A DNA stretch of 64,000 bases from Candidatus Parvarchaeota archaeon (GTDB lineage: Archaea; Nanobdellota; Nanobdellia; Parvarchaeales; Parvarchaeaceae), in NCBI GenBank assembly GCA_025920305.1, contig JAPDMB010000001.1:538-64537 (forward strand), in the 5' to 3' direction. Every line of letters starts with the position of its first letter. The stretch's first letter is position 1. A program made the translations under genes and the position numbers. Of the stretch, positions 39,189 to 48,398 are shown in pieces. The notes under the pieces are model-generated. The model was given only the letters and a program-made list of their open reading frames with translations. It was not told the origin of the DNA and made no database searches.

Positions 39189-39662
39189 ATGAAGTATGAA
39201 CTTAAATTTAAAAATAAACTATTCAAGGACAAGCCCCTATATAGGGTTGTCTTAAGTGAATTTGAGAAACCCACTGCAGATTACTTCTCCAATCTCCGCA
39301 GATTCTGCATATCCTTAGGTCTTGTGAATCCAGGGGAGAGCCGCATAGGGATAGTCTACATACTTGATATACTGCTTAGATCCAGGAAAGACAAAACCGG
39401 CGGCTTAAGCAGTTATGACATAATAAAAAAACTATACAGCAGTAACGTGAAGATAGTCTACGCAAACATACTTAGAGATCTAAGGAAATTAATAGCCGCA
39501 GGTTTAGTAGAGAAGATAGATGGGAACTATAGGATCAAGGAAAACATGGATCTTCCAGAGATTATGGATAAGTTCGTCAGACCGTACATCATAGACAGGG
39601 TACTGAAGAAAATAGGAGACTACGCTAGCGCCGTAGAGAGAGATATAAAGAAGAAGAGCTAA
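39189..39662 (+). CDS. small winged-helix-like protein, hypothetical, translationally coupled to the coiled-coil gene
   Basis: Start 1 nt after the upstream stop. SYDIIKKL...ANILRDLRKLIAAGLVEKIDGNYRI resembles a winged-helix recognition helix plus wing. Confidence 0.45.
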   Translation: MKYELKFKNKLFKDKPLYRVVLSEFEKPTADYFSNLRRFCISLGLVNPGESRIGIVYILDILLRSRKDKTGGLSSYDIIKKLYSSNVKIVYANILRDLRKLIAAGLVEKIDGNYRIKENMDLPEIMDKFVRPYIIDRVLKKIGDYASAVERDIKKKS

Positions 39663-39667
39663 TTTTT

Positions 39668-39991
39668 CTATTTTATCGCCGAAGCTGCCATCAGTAATTT
39701 GAATAATTTCTTTCCTTTGTCGGTGAGTTTTATTATCTTCTTGTGTCTGTCATTGGATACCTTGACTATATCCAGCTTGCTCATTTTGTTCAGTAGTTTT
39801 ACAATATACGAGTAACTGCAGTCTATCTTCCTGGAGATAATAGCCGCGTAGACATGGTTATCGTTGAAGTATATCATCTTTAGTATTAGAAAAGGCTTGC
39901 TATGTAAAAATAGTCTCTGTACCTGCCCCTTATCTTCACCTACGCCCTTCATAACTAGTTTAGTTATGCTATCTATTAATACATTTGTCAT
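39668..39991 (-). CDS. winged-helix transcriptional regulator (MarR/ArsR-like)
   Basis: 107 aa. ILKMIYFNDNHVYAAIISRKIDCSYSYIVKLLNKMSKLDIVKV fits an HTH plus wing. Confidence 0.6.
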   Translation of the reverse strand: MTNVLIDSITKLVMKGVGEDKGQVQRLFLHSKPFLILKMIYFNDNHVYAAIISRKIDCSYSYIVKLLNKMSKLDIVKVSNDRHKKIIKLTDKGKKLFKLLMAASAIK

Positions 39992-40044
39992 AAATTTATA
40001 TCCATTATTTTTGTCTGAAACCTCTTAAGATAGAATGAAAAATA

Positions 40045-40350
40045 AACTCATCAGAAGTTTGTGCAGGGCATGGCAAAGTCCGAAAGGTGTAAAGTTCTTT
40101 GTCCTAAGCAATTGTCAGATGCATGACCTAAGAAATATATTGCACTTTACTTCAACAATGCTTTTAAATAGGGAACTTATAAGTAATATCATTGAAAATG
40201 TCTGAATAAATTAAGAAAATCCGAACGTTTTGCAGAACGTTCAGATTTTAAGCAGACTGTAAGCGAAATTTGGCGCATCACTTACTTTTCTTAATAAAAT
40301 AATAAGGAATAACTAGAATATAAACCTTTCGGTTTACATTTTAGTTATTA
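40045..40350 (+). ncRNA. rnpB: candidate RNase P RNA
   Basis: 370-nt gene-free interval. GGCAAAGUCCGAAAGG (40072-40087) matches the conserved P4 5' strand (GGAAAGUCCG). About 250 nt downstream, CCUUUCGGUUUACA (40325-40338) matches the P4 3' strand/CR-V (CCGGCUUA) and is an exact 8-bp complement of CCGAAAGG. Ends not mapped. Confidence 0.45.
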
Positions 40351-40363
40351 AAAGGAGGGAAAA

Positions 40364-41449
40364 ATGGTAATGGATATTTTGGTGGAAAGTGCTTTACGAG
40401 CCGGTAAAGAGCAGATTTCGTCTGAAGATGCGCTCTTCAATCAAGCGCAGATAAAAGTTATTGGAATCGGCGGTGCAGGGAATAATATGGCCTCATGGCT
40501 TCATAAAAAAGGAGTAAAGGGAGCGGAGATAGTGATAGCTAACACTGATCAGGTGCAGTTGAACTCTAGGACAGCAGATAAGAAACTGCTCATCGGGAAG
40601 GAGACCACAAGAGGATTGGGCGCCGGCGGGTTCCCTGAGAAGGGGAAACAAGCTGCAGAGGAGTCCGCTCAGTCCATAAAGGACTCTTTGAGAGGCAGTG
40701 ACCTTGTATTTATATGCGCCGGACTTGGCGGCGGAACTGGCACTGGCGGTGCGCCAGTTGTAGCTAAGATCGCAAAGGAACTTGGTGCTATAGTTATAAG
40801 CACTGTGACCATGCCTTTCAAGACCGAGAGGAAGCGGGTGGAGAACGCTGAAATGGGGCTCCAGGAGCTCAGGAACGTATCTGATACCGTGATAGTGATA
40901 GACAATAACAGACTCGTCAACTTTGCCGGTAATCTGCCCATAGACCAGGCTTTCAACATAGCCAATGAAGTCGTGGCTACAATGATAAAAGGGATAGTTG
41001 AGACTATTGCTATACCTTCTCTCGTCAACCTGGATTTCGCCGATATAAAGGCGATAATGAACAAAGGCGGTGTTTCTGTGATAGGTATAGGAGAGACAGA
41101 CGCTTCTGATTCAAGGGTCGCAGAGGTGGTCAAGCGTGCGCTTAACAACCCACTTTTGGATGTAAGCTACAAAGGCGCTAAGGGCGCATTGATACATATA
41201 ACCGGCGGACCAGACATGACCTTGTCAGAGGTCAATGAGATCGGAGAGCTAGCCACCCAATCGCTGGATTCCGATGCGATTGTGATCTGGGGTGCTAGGG
41301 TGGATGAATCATTCTCAGGCAAGCTGAGGGTGATGACAATCGTGACTGGAGTAAGTTCGCCTTACCTATTGGGCCCGGAGGACACAGCGGTCATCTCTAA
41401 GACGAGCTCGGCTATAAGCAAAGAGCTTGGCATAGAGATACTAAAGTAA
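40364..41449 (+). CDS. ftsZ: cell division GTPase FtsZ (paralogue 1)
   Basis: Tubulin/FtsZ signature GGGTGTGGAP. N-terminus IKVIGIGGAGNN. Strong SD (aaaggaggg) upstream. Confidence 0.95.
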   Translation: MVMDILVESALRAGKEQISSEDALFNQAQIKVIGIGGAGNNMASWLHKKGVKGAEIVIANTDQVQLNSRTADKKLLIGKETTRGLGAGGFPEKGKQAAEESAQSIKDSLRGSDLVFICAGLGGGTGTGGAPVVAKIAKELGAIVISTVTMPFKTERKRVENAEMGLQELRNVSDTVIVIDNNRLVNFAGNLPIDQAFNIANEVVATMIKGIVETIAIPSLVNLDFADIKAIMNKGGVSVIGIGETDASDSRVAEVVKRALNNPLLDVSYKGAKGALIHITGGPDMTLSEVNEIGELATQSLDSDAIVIWGARVDESFSGKLRVMTIVTGVSSPYLLGPEDTAVISKTSSAISKELGIEILK

Positions 41450-41462
41450 AACTTGTTGGCAT

Positions 41463-41486
41463 GCAGCCCGTCTCTTTTCGGGCTGC
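41463..41486 (+). terminator. hairpin GCAGCCCG-(8 nt)-CGGGCTGC immediately after the ftsZ1 stop, followed by a T-rich tract
   Basis: Perfect 8-bp inverted repeat read from the sequence, 14 nt after the stop codon. Confidence 0.5.
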
Positions 41487-41766
41487 TTCGCGTTCTTCAT
41501 GAAATCCCCTACTATGGTTGGGGTAATACCCCAACCATATTTAACGAAGCTAGTGGCAAATCCCAAAATCTTCAGAAGGGGATGAAAGCAAACTAATAAA
41601 TAGGAGAAAAGATATAATAAAAATATAACAAAAATGAAGATGTAGATGAGGCAGATAAAGTACGTCCTCTGCAGGGTGCGGTGAATGCATGAACGCAGGG
41701 GAAGCCCATGCCATTTACGGTTAGGGGTGCCATATACAGGGTTGTAAACGATAGGAGGGAATTACT

Positions 41767-42027
41767 ATGGAAAATTGGTATAAATTTTTTAAGGAGCAGT
41801 CTAATAGGACTATAAAGGTAGGCGAGTACGAAATAGTCTACAAAGGCAAGAACCTTGAGGAAAGTTGGAGTTCAGCGGAAAAACCACCGGTCTCAGTTCA
41901 TAAGGAGAGCATCAAAGTACTTAAGAACGGCGAAAAAGTAAAACTTAAGAAAGCGGATAAACTCAAGCTGATAGAGGCACTAAAGCGCGGTAACCTGGAT
42001 GAGGTTTCTGGTTTGCTTCCAAAATAA
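41767..42027 (+). CDS. hypothetical small Lys-rich protein
   Basis: 86-aa ORF with an upstream SD (ggaggg). No motif. Confidence 0.35.
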   Translation: MENWYKFFKEQSNRTIKVGEYEIVYKGKNLEESWSSAEKPPVSVHKESIKVLKNGEKVKLKKADKLKLIEALKRGNLDEVSGLLPK

Positions 42028-42202
42028 ACTTAAGATTCCCTATCGCAAAATGCCTTGTGGCGCAGCTGCCAGCAGTTTGCTGACAATCTGCGACAAACAT
42101 GCATCGCAATACGAGCGGACACCTCTCTCCCCTATCTTTCGAAAGGGGAATTCTCGGCGGGCTTGTTAAAAGGATAAATATTAATAACTGTTTCTATCTT
42201 AA

Positions 42203-42808
42203 ATGGTGGAAGCATTGGATGATCTCTTAGATCAGATAAACAGCTTAGAGAATCAGATAAGGTCGGTTGAGATGGAGCTGCGTTTTAGCGATAGCCTATT
42301 CAATGAGGGTCAGACCAATATACCCCCTGAAGAGATATCGCGTATTATGCATCAAAAGAGTGCGGAGAATAAGGCGCCAGCTATCCAGCCAATCGTACAA
42401 AAGCCGGAATCAGCAATTCAGGCAAACCCAGAGATTCAAATGAATAAGCCAAAGGCAGAGATCGGGGCGGGAAAAGCGGAGATTAATGCATCGGTTAAGA
42501 CAGAACCCAGTAAAAGCACTGAAATAGGTAGCACCAGCAAAAGCACTGAAATAAAAGGTGTAGCGTCTGCCGGCGTCCAGCCCCCTCAGGCGCAGCAAGA
42601 AGTCGTACAGATTCCAAGCGTACAATATGGAGCAGCCGACATACCATCGATAGCTTTTGTTATAAAGAAATTATCCGAGTTGATAGACCTTAACTCAAAG
42701 ATATCCGAAGAGCTGCAGGAGATAATATCAACCTCCTCTAAAGCCGACGCGTCTAAGAGACTCTCCTCTCTGATAAATAAGCTTGCCTATGCGAGCATCT
42801 ATGGCTAA
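42203..42808 (+). CDS. hypothetical protein (N-terminal coiled coil, low-complexity linker, conserved-looking C-terminal domain)
   Basis: 201-aa ORF. Located between ftsZ1 and apgM. No catalytic motifs. Confidence 0.35.
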   Translation: MVEALDDLLDQINSLENQIRSVEMELRFSDSLFNEGQTNIPPEEISRIMHQKSAENKAPAIQPIVQKPESAIQANPEIQMNKPKAEIGAGKAEINASVKTEPSKSTEIGSTSKSTEIKGVASAGVQPPQAQQEVVQIPSVQYGAADIPSIAFVIKKLSELIDLNSKISEELQEIISTSSKADASKRLSSLINKLAYASIYG

Positions 42809-44051
42809 GCTTGTATTCCTTATAGTGGACGGGATGGGCGATAGGCCGATAAAGCTGCTGTCCAATAAAACTCCCCTGGAATATGCAGATAAGCTAAATA
42901 TTAATTCTACCCTCACGCATGCAGCTTTAGCATTTCCATCAGTTTTGGGGAAGTTGGCTCCAGAGAGCGACTCTGGGGTGATGGCCGATCTAGGTTATGA
43001 CCCAAAGAGATACTCCACTGGGAGGGGGTGGTTTGAGTGCCTTGGCTTAGGTATGGCTCCTACCGAAGGAGACTTGAGTGTCAGGGTAAATATAGCCGAG
43101 GCTGCAGGCAGCAAGTTGAAGTCTGTGAGGACTTACCTCTCCAAGGAGGAGTTTGCAGAGATAGAGAAGGATATAAATGAGCGCGTGAAATTGCCTATAG
43201 AATTTGAATTCAAGGCCGGGGAGGGCTATAGGGGAGGCCTGATAGTACATGACGGCAAAGGTAGACTCTCTCAATTCGTTTCAAACAATGAGCCAGGATA
43301 TACAGTCAGGTTCTTTGGAGATAAGAAATTAAGTTTTGCTTCCAGTACGGCTAAGACAAAAATCCCCAGAATAAAGGCGCTGAAGCCGGGCGCTGCTTTC
43401 ACAGCGGATATACTGAACCGTTTCATATCCGAATCTAAAAAAGTGCTTCTAAAGAGCGATGTTTATAGAAAAAGGAAGGAAAGCGGCCAGCCTCTGCCGA
43501 ATTATGTGCTCTTGAGGGATGGAGCTGTACATGATCCTAAATTACCAGACATAAACGAGAGATATGGCAGGAGATGGGCGGCGGTCGTAGGCATGCCGCT
43601 AGAGAAGGGCATAGCGCTTGCATCTGGGATGTCCTTGATGGATATCCATGAATTAGACGATTTGAGCGAAGATCTGGAAAATAAAGCGGAGTACGTTTCA
43701 AAAGCTATGGATGCATACGATGCCGTTTATGTGCATGTAAAACAAACGGATGCATTGTCTCATTTGGGCAAGTATGCAGAAAAGTACGATGCAATAGAAA
43801 AGATAGACAAGATTCTAATCGGTAGGATTCTCCGGAGATTGAGTTTTTCAGATGGGGATACTTTGGTGGTAACCTGCGACCACCGGACGTCTTCTGATCT
43901 GAAGAGGCATACGAATGATAATATCCCGGTCTTGATAGCGAATAAAAAATTTGGCTCGGTCAAAGAGTTTGGCGAGACTGAATGCAGTAAGCATCATATC
44001 AAGAGCATAAAGAAAGCGACTGATATTATGCCTTTTGTGGTAAGACTATGA
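42801..44051 (+). CDS. apgM: 2,3-bisphosphoglycerate-independent phosphoglycerate mutase, archaeal type
   Basis: N-terminus KLVFLIVDGMGDRP (metal-binding D...G.GD). About 415 aa, alkaline-phosphatase-like core. Start placed at MAKL. Confidence 0.85.
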   Translation: MAKLVFLIVDGMGDRPIKLLSNKTPLEYADKLNINSTLTHAALAFPSVLGKLAPESDSGVMADLGYDPKRYSTGRGWFECLGLGMAPTEGDLSVRVNIAEAAGSKLKSVRTYLSKEEFAEIEKDINERVKLPIEFEFKAGEGYRGGLIVHDGKGRLSQFVSNNEPGYTVRFFGDKKLSFASSTAKTKIPRIKALKPGAAFTADILNRFISESKKVLLKSDVYRKRKESGQPLPNYVLLRDGAVHDPKLPDINERYGRRWAAVVGMPLEKGIALASGMSLMDIHELDDLSEDLENKAEYVSKAMDAYDAVYVHVKQTDALSHLGKYAEKYDAIEKIDKILIGRILRRLSFSDGDTLVVTCDHRTSSDLKRHTNDNIPVLIANKKFGSVKEFGETECSKHHIKSIKKATDIMPFVVRL

Positions 44052-45751
44052 GCAATAAGCAGCTGGCAGACATTTTCTACACCATCGCGGACATCTTAGA
44101 GATAGAAGGTGTCAATTGGAAGCCAGTAGCATACAGAAAAGCTGCGCTTAGCATCTCCACGTTGTCTGGCGACATCTCAGATTACTATAAGAATGGCAAA
44201 CTAGAACGGATAGAGGGGGTAGGAGAAGGGATAGGGAAGAAGATAATAGAGTACATCAAGACCGGAAAGGTAGAAAAATATGAAGAGCTGAAGAAAAAGT
44301 ATCCCATTGATTTTGATTCCCTTAGGCAGGTTAGAGGTCTAGGACCTAAGAAGATATTCTCCCTCTACAAATCATTAGGCATAAAAAATATTGATGACCT
44401 GAGGGAGGCGGTGTCTAAGCATAAACTCAGAGAACTGGAAGGGTTCGGGGAGAAAACCGAAGCCAATCTGTCTAACACCCTTGCGTCAGTTGTAGAGAGC
44501 ACAGAGAAGAGGGTCCCGCTCGGTTTCATGCTGGAAAGCGCGGAGAACTTGGTCTCAGAGCTTAGGAGAAGCGGTCTATTCAATAAGGTTGAGATAGCCG
44601 GATCCACCAGGAGGATGAAGGAGACGATAGGCGACTTGGATATACTTGCTACGTCGAATAAGCCAGAGGAAGCGATGCGATTCTTCACTAAAATGAAGGA
44701 GGTCTCAGACGTCCTTGTCAGTGGCCCGACAAAGACTTCCGTAGAGCTAAAGTTCGGTCTTAACTGCGATCTTAGAGTCGTGGAAGACGAATCATTTGGC
44801 TCAGCTATGCAGTACTTCACTGGCAATAAAGAACATAACATAAAGCTGAGAAGGATAGCTTTGTCAAAGGGGTTGAAGCTGAACGAGTACGGCATATTTA
44901 GAGGAGACAAGAAAGTAGCAGGCGAATCCGAAGAGGGGGTATATTCTTATCTTGGCCTAGACTACATGCCTCCAGAGCTTAGAGAGGACACAGGCGAAAT
45001 AGAAGCTGCTCAGGTCCATCAGCTGCCAAAACTAGTCCAATATGAGGAAATCTTAGGGGATCTACATACCCATACAAACGACAGCGATGGCGCGGATTCG
45101 CTGGGCGAATTGGTATCAGAGGCAAAAAAGATCGGACTTAAGTATATCGCCGTAACAAATCATAGCTACAGTTTAAGAGTGTCTAAGGGACTGGATGACA
45201 AGAGGTTTGAAGCATTGAACAGGAGGATAGAAGCGCTGAATGGCAAAGAAAACTTCAGCGTGCTAAAGGGGGTAGAGCTGGAGATACTTAAGGATGGTTC
45301 ATTGGATCTAAGCAGCAAGACTCTTTTGGGGATGGACTTTGTGATAGGCGCACTGCACCAGAATATCAGCAACGATCGCAAGACCAACACAGACCGGCTT
45401 ATCAAAGCCATAGAAAGCGGGAAGTTATCCGCGATAGCGCATCCGACCGATAGAATTATAGGTGAGAGGCCTCCTATCAATCTGGATCTAGATAAGGTAT
45501 TCGAAGCCTGCGAAAAAAACGATGTTATGCTGGAGATAAACGGCTATCCAACACGCTCTGATTTACCTTTTGATCTGGTGAAGAGGGCTTCGAAGTACCG
45601 CGTTAAATTCAGCCTTGGAAGCGATTCCCACCGGTTGGCTCATCTAAGATTCTTGAGGCTGGCAACTGCCATAGCAAGGAGGGGGTGGCTCACTAAGAAA
45701 GACGTCATCAACACCCTCACCTATGAGCAGATTATAAAACTTAAGCGTTAA
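44048..45751 (+). CDS. polX: family X DNA polymerase with C-terminal PHP domain
   Basis: N-terminal HhH (GVGEGIGKKIIEY), Pol-beta nucleotidyltransferase core (GSTRRMKETIGDLDIL), C-terminal PHP (HTHTNDSDG...HP). Confidence 0.88.
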   Translation: MSNKQLADIFYTIADILEIEGVNWKPVAYRKAALSISTLSGDISDYYKNGKLERIEGVGEGIGKKIIEYIKTGKVEKYEELKKKYPIDFDSLRQVRGLGPKKIFSLYKSLGIKNIDDLREAVSKHKLRELEGFGEKTEANLSNTLASVVESTEKRVPLGFMLESAENLVSELRRSGLFNKVEIAGSTRRMKETIGDLDILATSNKPEEAMRFFTKMKEVSDVLVSGPTKTSVELKFGLNCDLRVVEDESFGSAMQYFTGNKEHNIKLRRIALSKGLKLNEYGIFRGDKKVAGESEEGVYSYLGLDYMPPELREDTGEIEAAQVHQLPKLVQYEEILGDLHTHTNDSDGADSLGELVSEAKKIGLKYIAVTNHSYSLRVSKGLDDKRFEALNRRIEALNGKENFSVLKGVELEILKDGSLDLSSKTLLGMDFVIGALHQNISNDRKTNTDRLIKAIESGKLSAIAHPTDRIIGERPPINLDLDKVFEACEKNDVMLEINGYPTRSDLPFDLVKRASKYRVKFSLGSDSHRLAHLRFLRLATAIARRGWLTKKDVINTLTYEQIIKLKR

Positions 45752-45759
45752 ATATTAAA

Positions 45760-46485
45760 ATGTATTTCATAATAGATGTCATGGAACCTACATCTTTCAG
45801 GGTCAGCAGTGGAATAACAGGCTTCGATCAGCTTGTAAATGGCGGTTTGGTGTCAAATACCGTCTCAGCGCTTTTCGGCTCCCCTGGCGCAGGGAAAAGT
45901 ATATTCGCCCTTAGCTTTCTAAGGGCTGGATTGAAGGAAAATGAGAAGGTGTTCTACATCAGTTTAGAGCAGGACTTGGATGCAATACTTAGGGAAGCGG
46001 ATTCTCTTGGTTTTACTGAGTTTAGGGAGAACATGAACACAAACTTCGTTTTCGTTAGGATGACCGGCCACGATTTCAAGGAGTTCTTACTTGTGGATCT
46101 GCCAAAGATATTAGAAAGCAGGACTGGAAAACATTCAAGGATAGTCGTGGATCCGTTGACACCGCTGTTCTGGGAAATCCATGATATAGCGATGCAGAGG
46201 AATCTTTTGAGTAATGCCTTCGATATGCTTCGCTCATTTGGCACGTCTATCGTCACGGTAGAAAAATATGGTAATCTAAACGTGCTGGACTTATCAGAGG
46301 AGCTGGCCATACCGCTATATTTGTCGGACTGTGTGATATTGCTCACGATGATATTCAATCAAAACTTCTATCAAAAGGCCATATCCATCCTCAAGTTCAG
46401 ATATTCCTCCCACAGTTCAGGCTTGCACCCCTTCGATATAGAGCAGGGTGGGATAAAGATATTCCAGGACCAGCCTGTCTTCTGA
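45760..46485 (+). CDS. KaiC/RecA-superfamily ATPase (RadB/KaiC-like)
   Basis: GFDQLVNGGL...ALFGSPGAGKS Walker A in the RecA-like arrangement. 241 aa. Confidence 0.7.
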   Translation: MYFIIDVMEPTSFRVSSGITGFDQLVNGGLVSNTVSALFGSPGAGKSIFALSFLRAGLKENEKVFYISLEQDLDAILREADSLGFTEFRENMNTNFVFVRMTGHDFKEFLLVDLPKILESRTGKHSRIVVDPLTPLFWEIHDIAMQRNLLSNAFDMLRSFGTSIVTVEKYGNLNVLDLSEELAIPLYLSDCVILLTMIFNQNFYQKAISILKFRYSSHSSGLHPFDIEQGGIKIFQDQPVF

Positions 46486-46490
46486 GAGGC

Positions 46491-48398
46491 GTGGATATGA
46501 AAGTAAAGTTCAGAGATAAGATTTACGAATCGAATGAGAGAAGCTCTTTCTTGAAGCTCGCGGAATCAGTCGGCATAGATATAAAAGAGGTAATAACTGT
46601 AAAAGCGGGTGGTAAACTATTCGATTTATCCTCAAGTGTCCCGGATGTAAACGAAGTCGAGTTCCTAGATTTCAATAGCCCAGAGGGGAAGATGGTATTT
46701 TGGCATTCATCTGCGCATATCTTGGCTGACGCGGTAAAGCGTCTGTATCCCGAGGCTTTATTGGGTATAGGTCCTCCAATCGACGGAGGTTTTTACTATG
46801 ATTTTTATAATCTAAACATAGGAGACAATGACCTTAAAAGGATAGAGGAGGAGATGAAGGCGATCTCGAAGGAGAATAATAAGTTCGAGAGGATACCATT
46901 GACAAGGGAAGAGGCCGAGAAGAGACTAAGTGGAGAGAGGTTCAAACTTGAGATATTGAATGACCTGACAGGTGAAATAACACTTTATAGAGATGGAAAA
47001 TTCGAGGATCTATGCAGGGGGCCTCATATTCTATCAACAGGGGCGGTTAAGGCGGTAAAGCTCCTTAAGGTATCAGGCGCCTATTGGAAGGGGGATAATA
47101 AGCGCGAGTCCATGACTAGAATATACGGCATAACTTTTCCTTCAAAAGAGGAGTTGGATGAATATCTCAAATTCTTAGAGGAGCGAAAGGCACATGACCA
47201 CAAGAAGATAGGCAGAGAATTAGAATTGTTCGAATTTTTAGATGTATCGCCAGGTTCTCCTTTCATGCTGCCAAAAGGGACGATAATCTACAATGAACTT
47301 GTCAAACTTGCAAGAGAATACGACACTAAATATGGCTATCAGGAGGTAATAACTCCCTTCATCGCGAAGGTCGATCTTTGGAAGATAAGCGGGCATTTTG
47401 ATAAATATAGAGAGAATATGTTTGAGGTCAAACCATTTGAATCCGATGAAGAATACGCTTTGAAGCCGATGAGCTGCCCATTTCATGTACTAATATTTAA
47501 ATCGAAGACACGTAGTTACAAGGAACTTCCTCTTCGGATATCTGAGCACGGCATAGTGCATAGGTACGAACTGGAGGGGGCGCTGGATGGTCTTTTAAGA
47601 ACAAGGGTGCTGCAGCAGAATGACGCGCATGTCTTCGTCAGCGAGGATCAGATAGAGGATGAGATACTGTTCGAACTGAAAGAACTCAAAGAGATATATG
47701 AGATATTTGATCTATCTCCAGTATTTATCGCTGCTACAAGGCCTGATAAAAGGATAGGGGAGGATGAGCTTTGGGATAAAGCGGAGAATGCAATCTTCAG
47801 AGCGCTTGAAAAGGCCGGCTATAAGTACACCATTAAGGAAAAAGACGGGTCATTTTATGGACCGAAGATAGATATATATGTCCTTGACTTTACAGGCAAG
47901 CCGGAAGCGGCTTATGCTGTGTCGACGATACAGGTAGACTTCAATTTAGCCAGAAGGTTTGATGCAAAGTACACCGGGAAGGACGACAAAGAGCACATAC
48001 CTGTCGTGATACACCGCTCAATACTAGGCTCCTTTGGCAGGTTTATGGGGGTAATACTTTCGAATTCTAAAGGCGAGCTTCCGTTATGGCTGTCTCCAGT
48101 GCAGGTAAAAGTGCTGCCTATAAGTGACAGCAATAAGCCGTATGCCGAGGAGGTTGCGGAAAGACTAATGAAGGATAAAATAAGGGTTGAATTGGATGAA
48201 TCAAATTCGACATTGGACAGAAAAATACGCACTTCTCAGTTGGAGAAAGTTCCATACACGGTTGTGGTAGGCGAGAAAGAGGAAAAGAGTAAAACTATAG
48301 CAGTTAGGGATAGGTCAGGCAAAACCAGTTATAATGTAGATTTAAGTAAGTTTATATCGGATTTGACGGAGAAAATCAGGCTAAGGTCTAAAGCTTAA
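46491..48398 (+). CDS. thrS: threonyl-tRNA synthetase
   Basis: Class II motifs (FRALEKAGYKY..., HRSILGSFGRFMGVIL), N-terminal archaeal editing/TGS region, C-terminal anticodon-binding domain. 635 aa. Confidence 0.92.
   Translation: MDMKVKFRDKIYESNERSSFLKLAESVGIDIKEVITVKAGGKLFDLSSSVPDVNEVEFLDFNSPEGKMVFWHSSAHILADAVKRLYPEALLGIGPPIDGGFYYDFYNLNIGDNDLKRIEEEMKAISKENNKFERIPLTREEAEKRLSGERFKLEILNDLTGEITLYRDGKFEDLCRGPHILSTGAVKAVKLLKVSGAYWKGDNKRESMTRIYGITFPSKEELDEYLKFLEERKAHDHKKIGRELELFEFLDVSPGSPFMLPKGTIIYNELVKLAREYDTKYGYQEVITPFIAKVDLWKISGHFDKYRENMFEVKPFESDEEYALKPMSCPFHVLIFKSKTRSYKELPLRISEHGIVHRYELEGALDGLLRTRVLQQNDAHVFVSEDQIEDEILFELKELKEIYEIFDLSPVFIAATRPDKRIGEDELWDKAENAIFRALEKAGYKYTIKEKDGSFYGPKIDIYVLDFTGKPEAAYAVSTIQVDFNLARRFDAKYTGKDDKEHIPVVIHRSILGSFGRFMGVILSNSKGELPLWLSPVQVKVLPISDSNKPYAEEVAERLMKDKIRVELDESNSTLDRKIRTSQLEKVPYTVVVGEKEEKSKTIAVRDRSGKTSYNVDLSKFISDLTEKIRLRSKA

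Noticed and set aside
41571-41590. 10-nt identity GGATGAAAGC shared between the 41450-41766 and 55046-55278 intergenic regions, considered as a possible C/D-box or shared regulatory motif
   Set aside because: A single 10-mer match between two roughly 300-nt regions is within chance expectation. It lacks a proper RUGAUGA C box or a paired D box.
41630-41760. Possible SRP (7S) RNA in the GC-richer stretch upstream of ORF 41767
   Set aside because: I could not find the helix-8 GNAR/AGCA symmetric-loop motifs or the 5'/3' Alu-domain pairing by eye. Kept only as a generic candidate ncRNA region in a finding.
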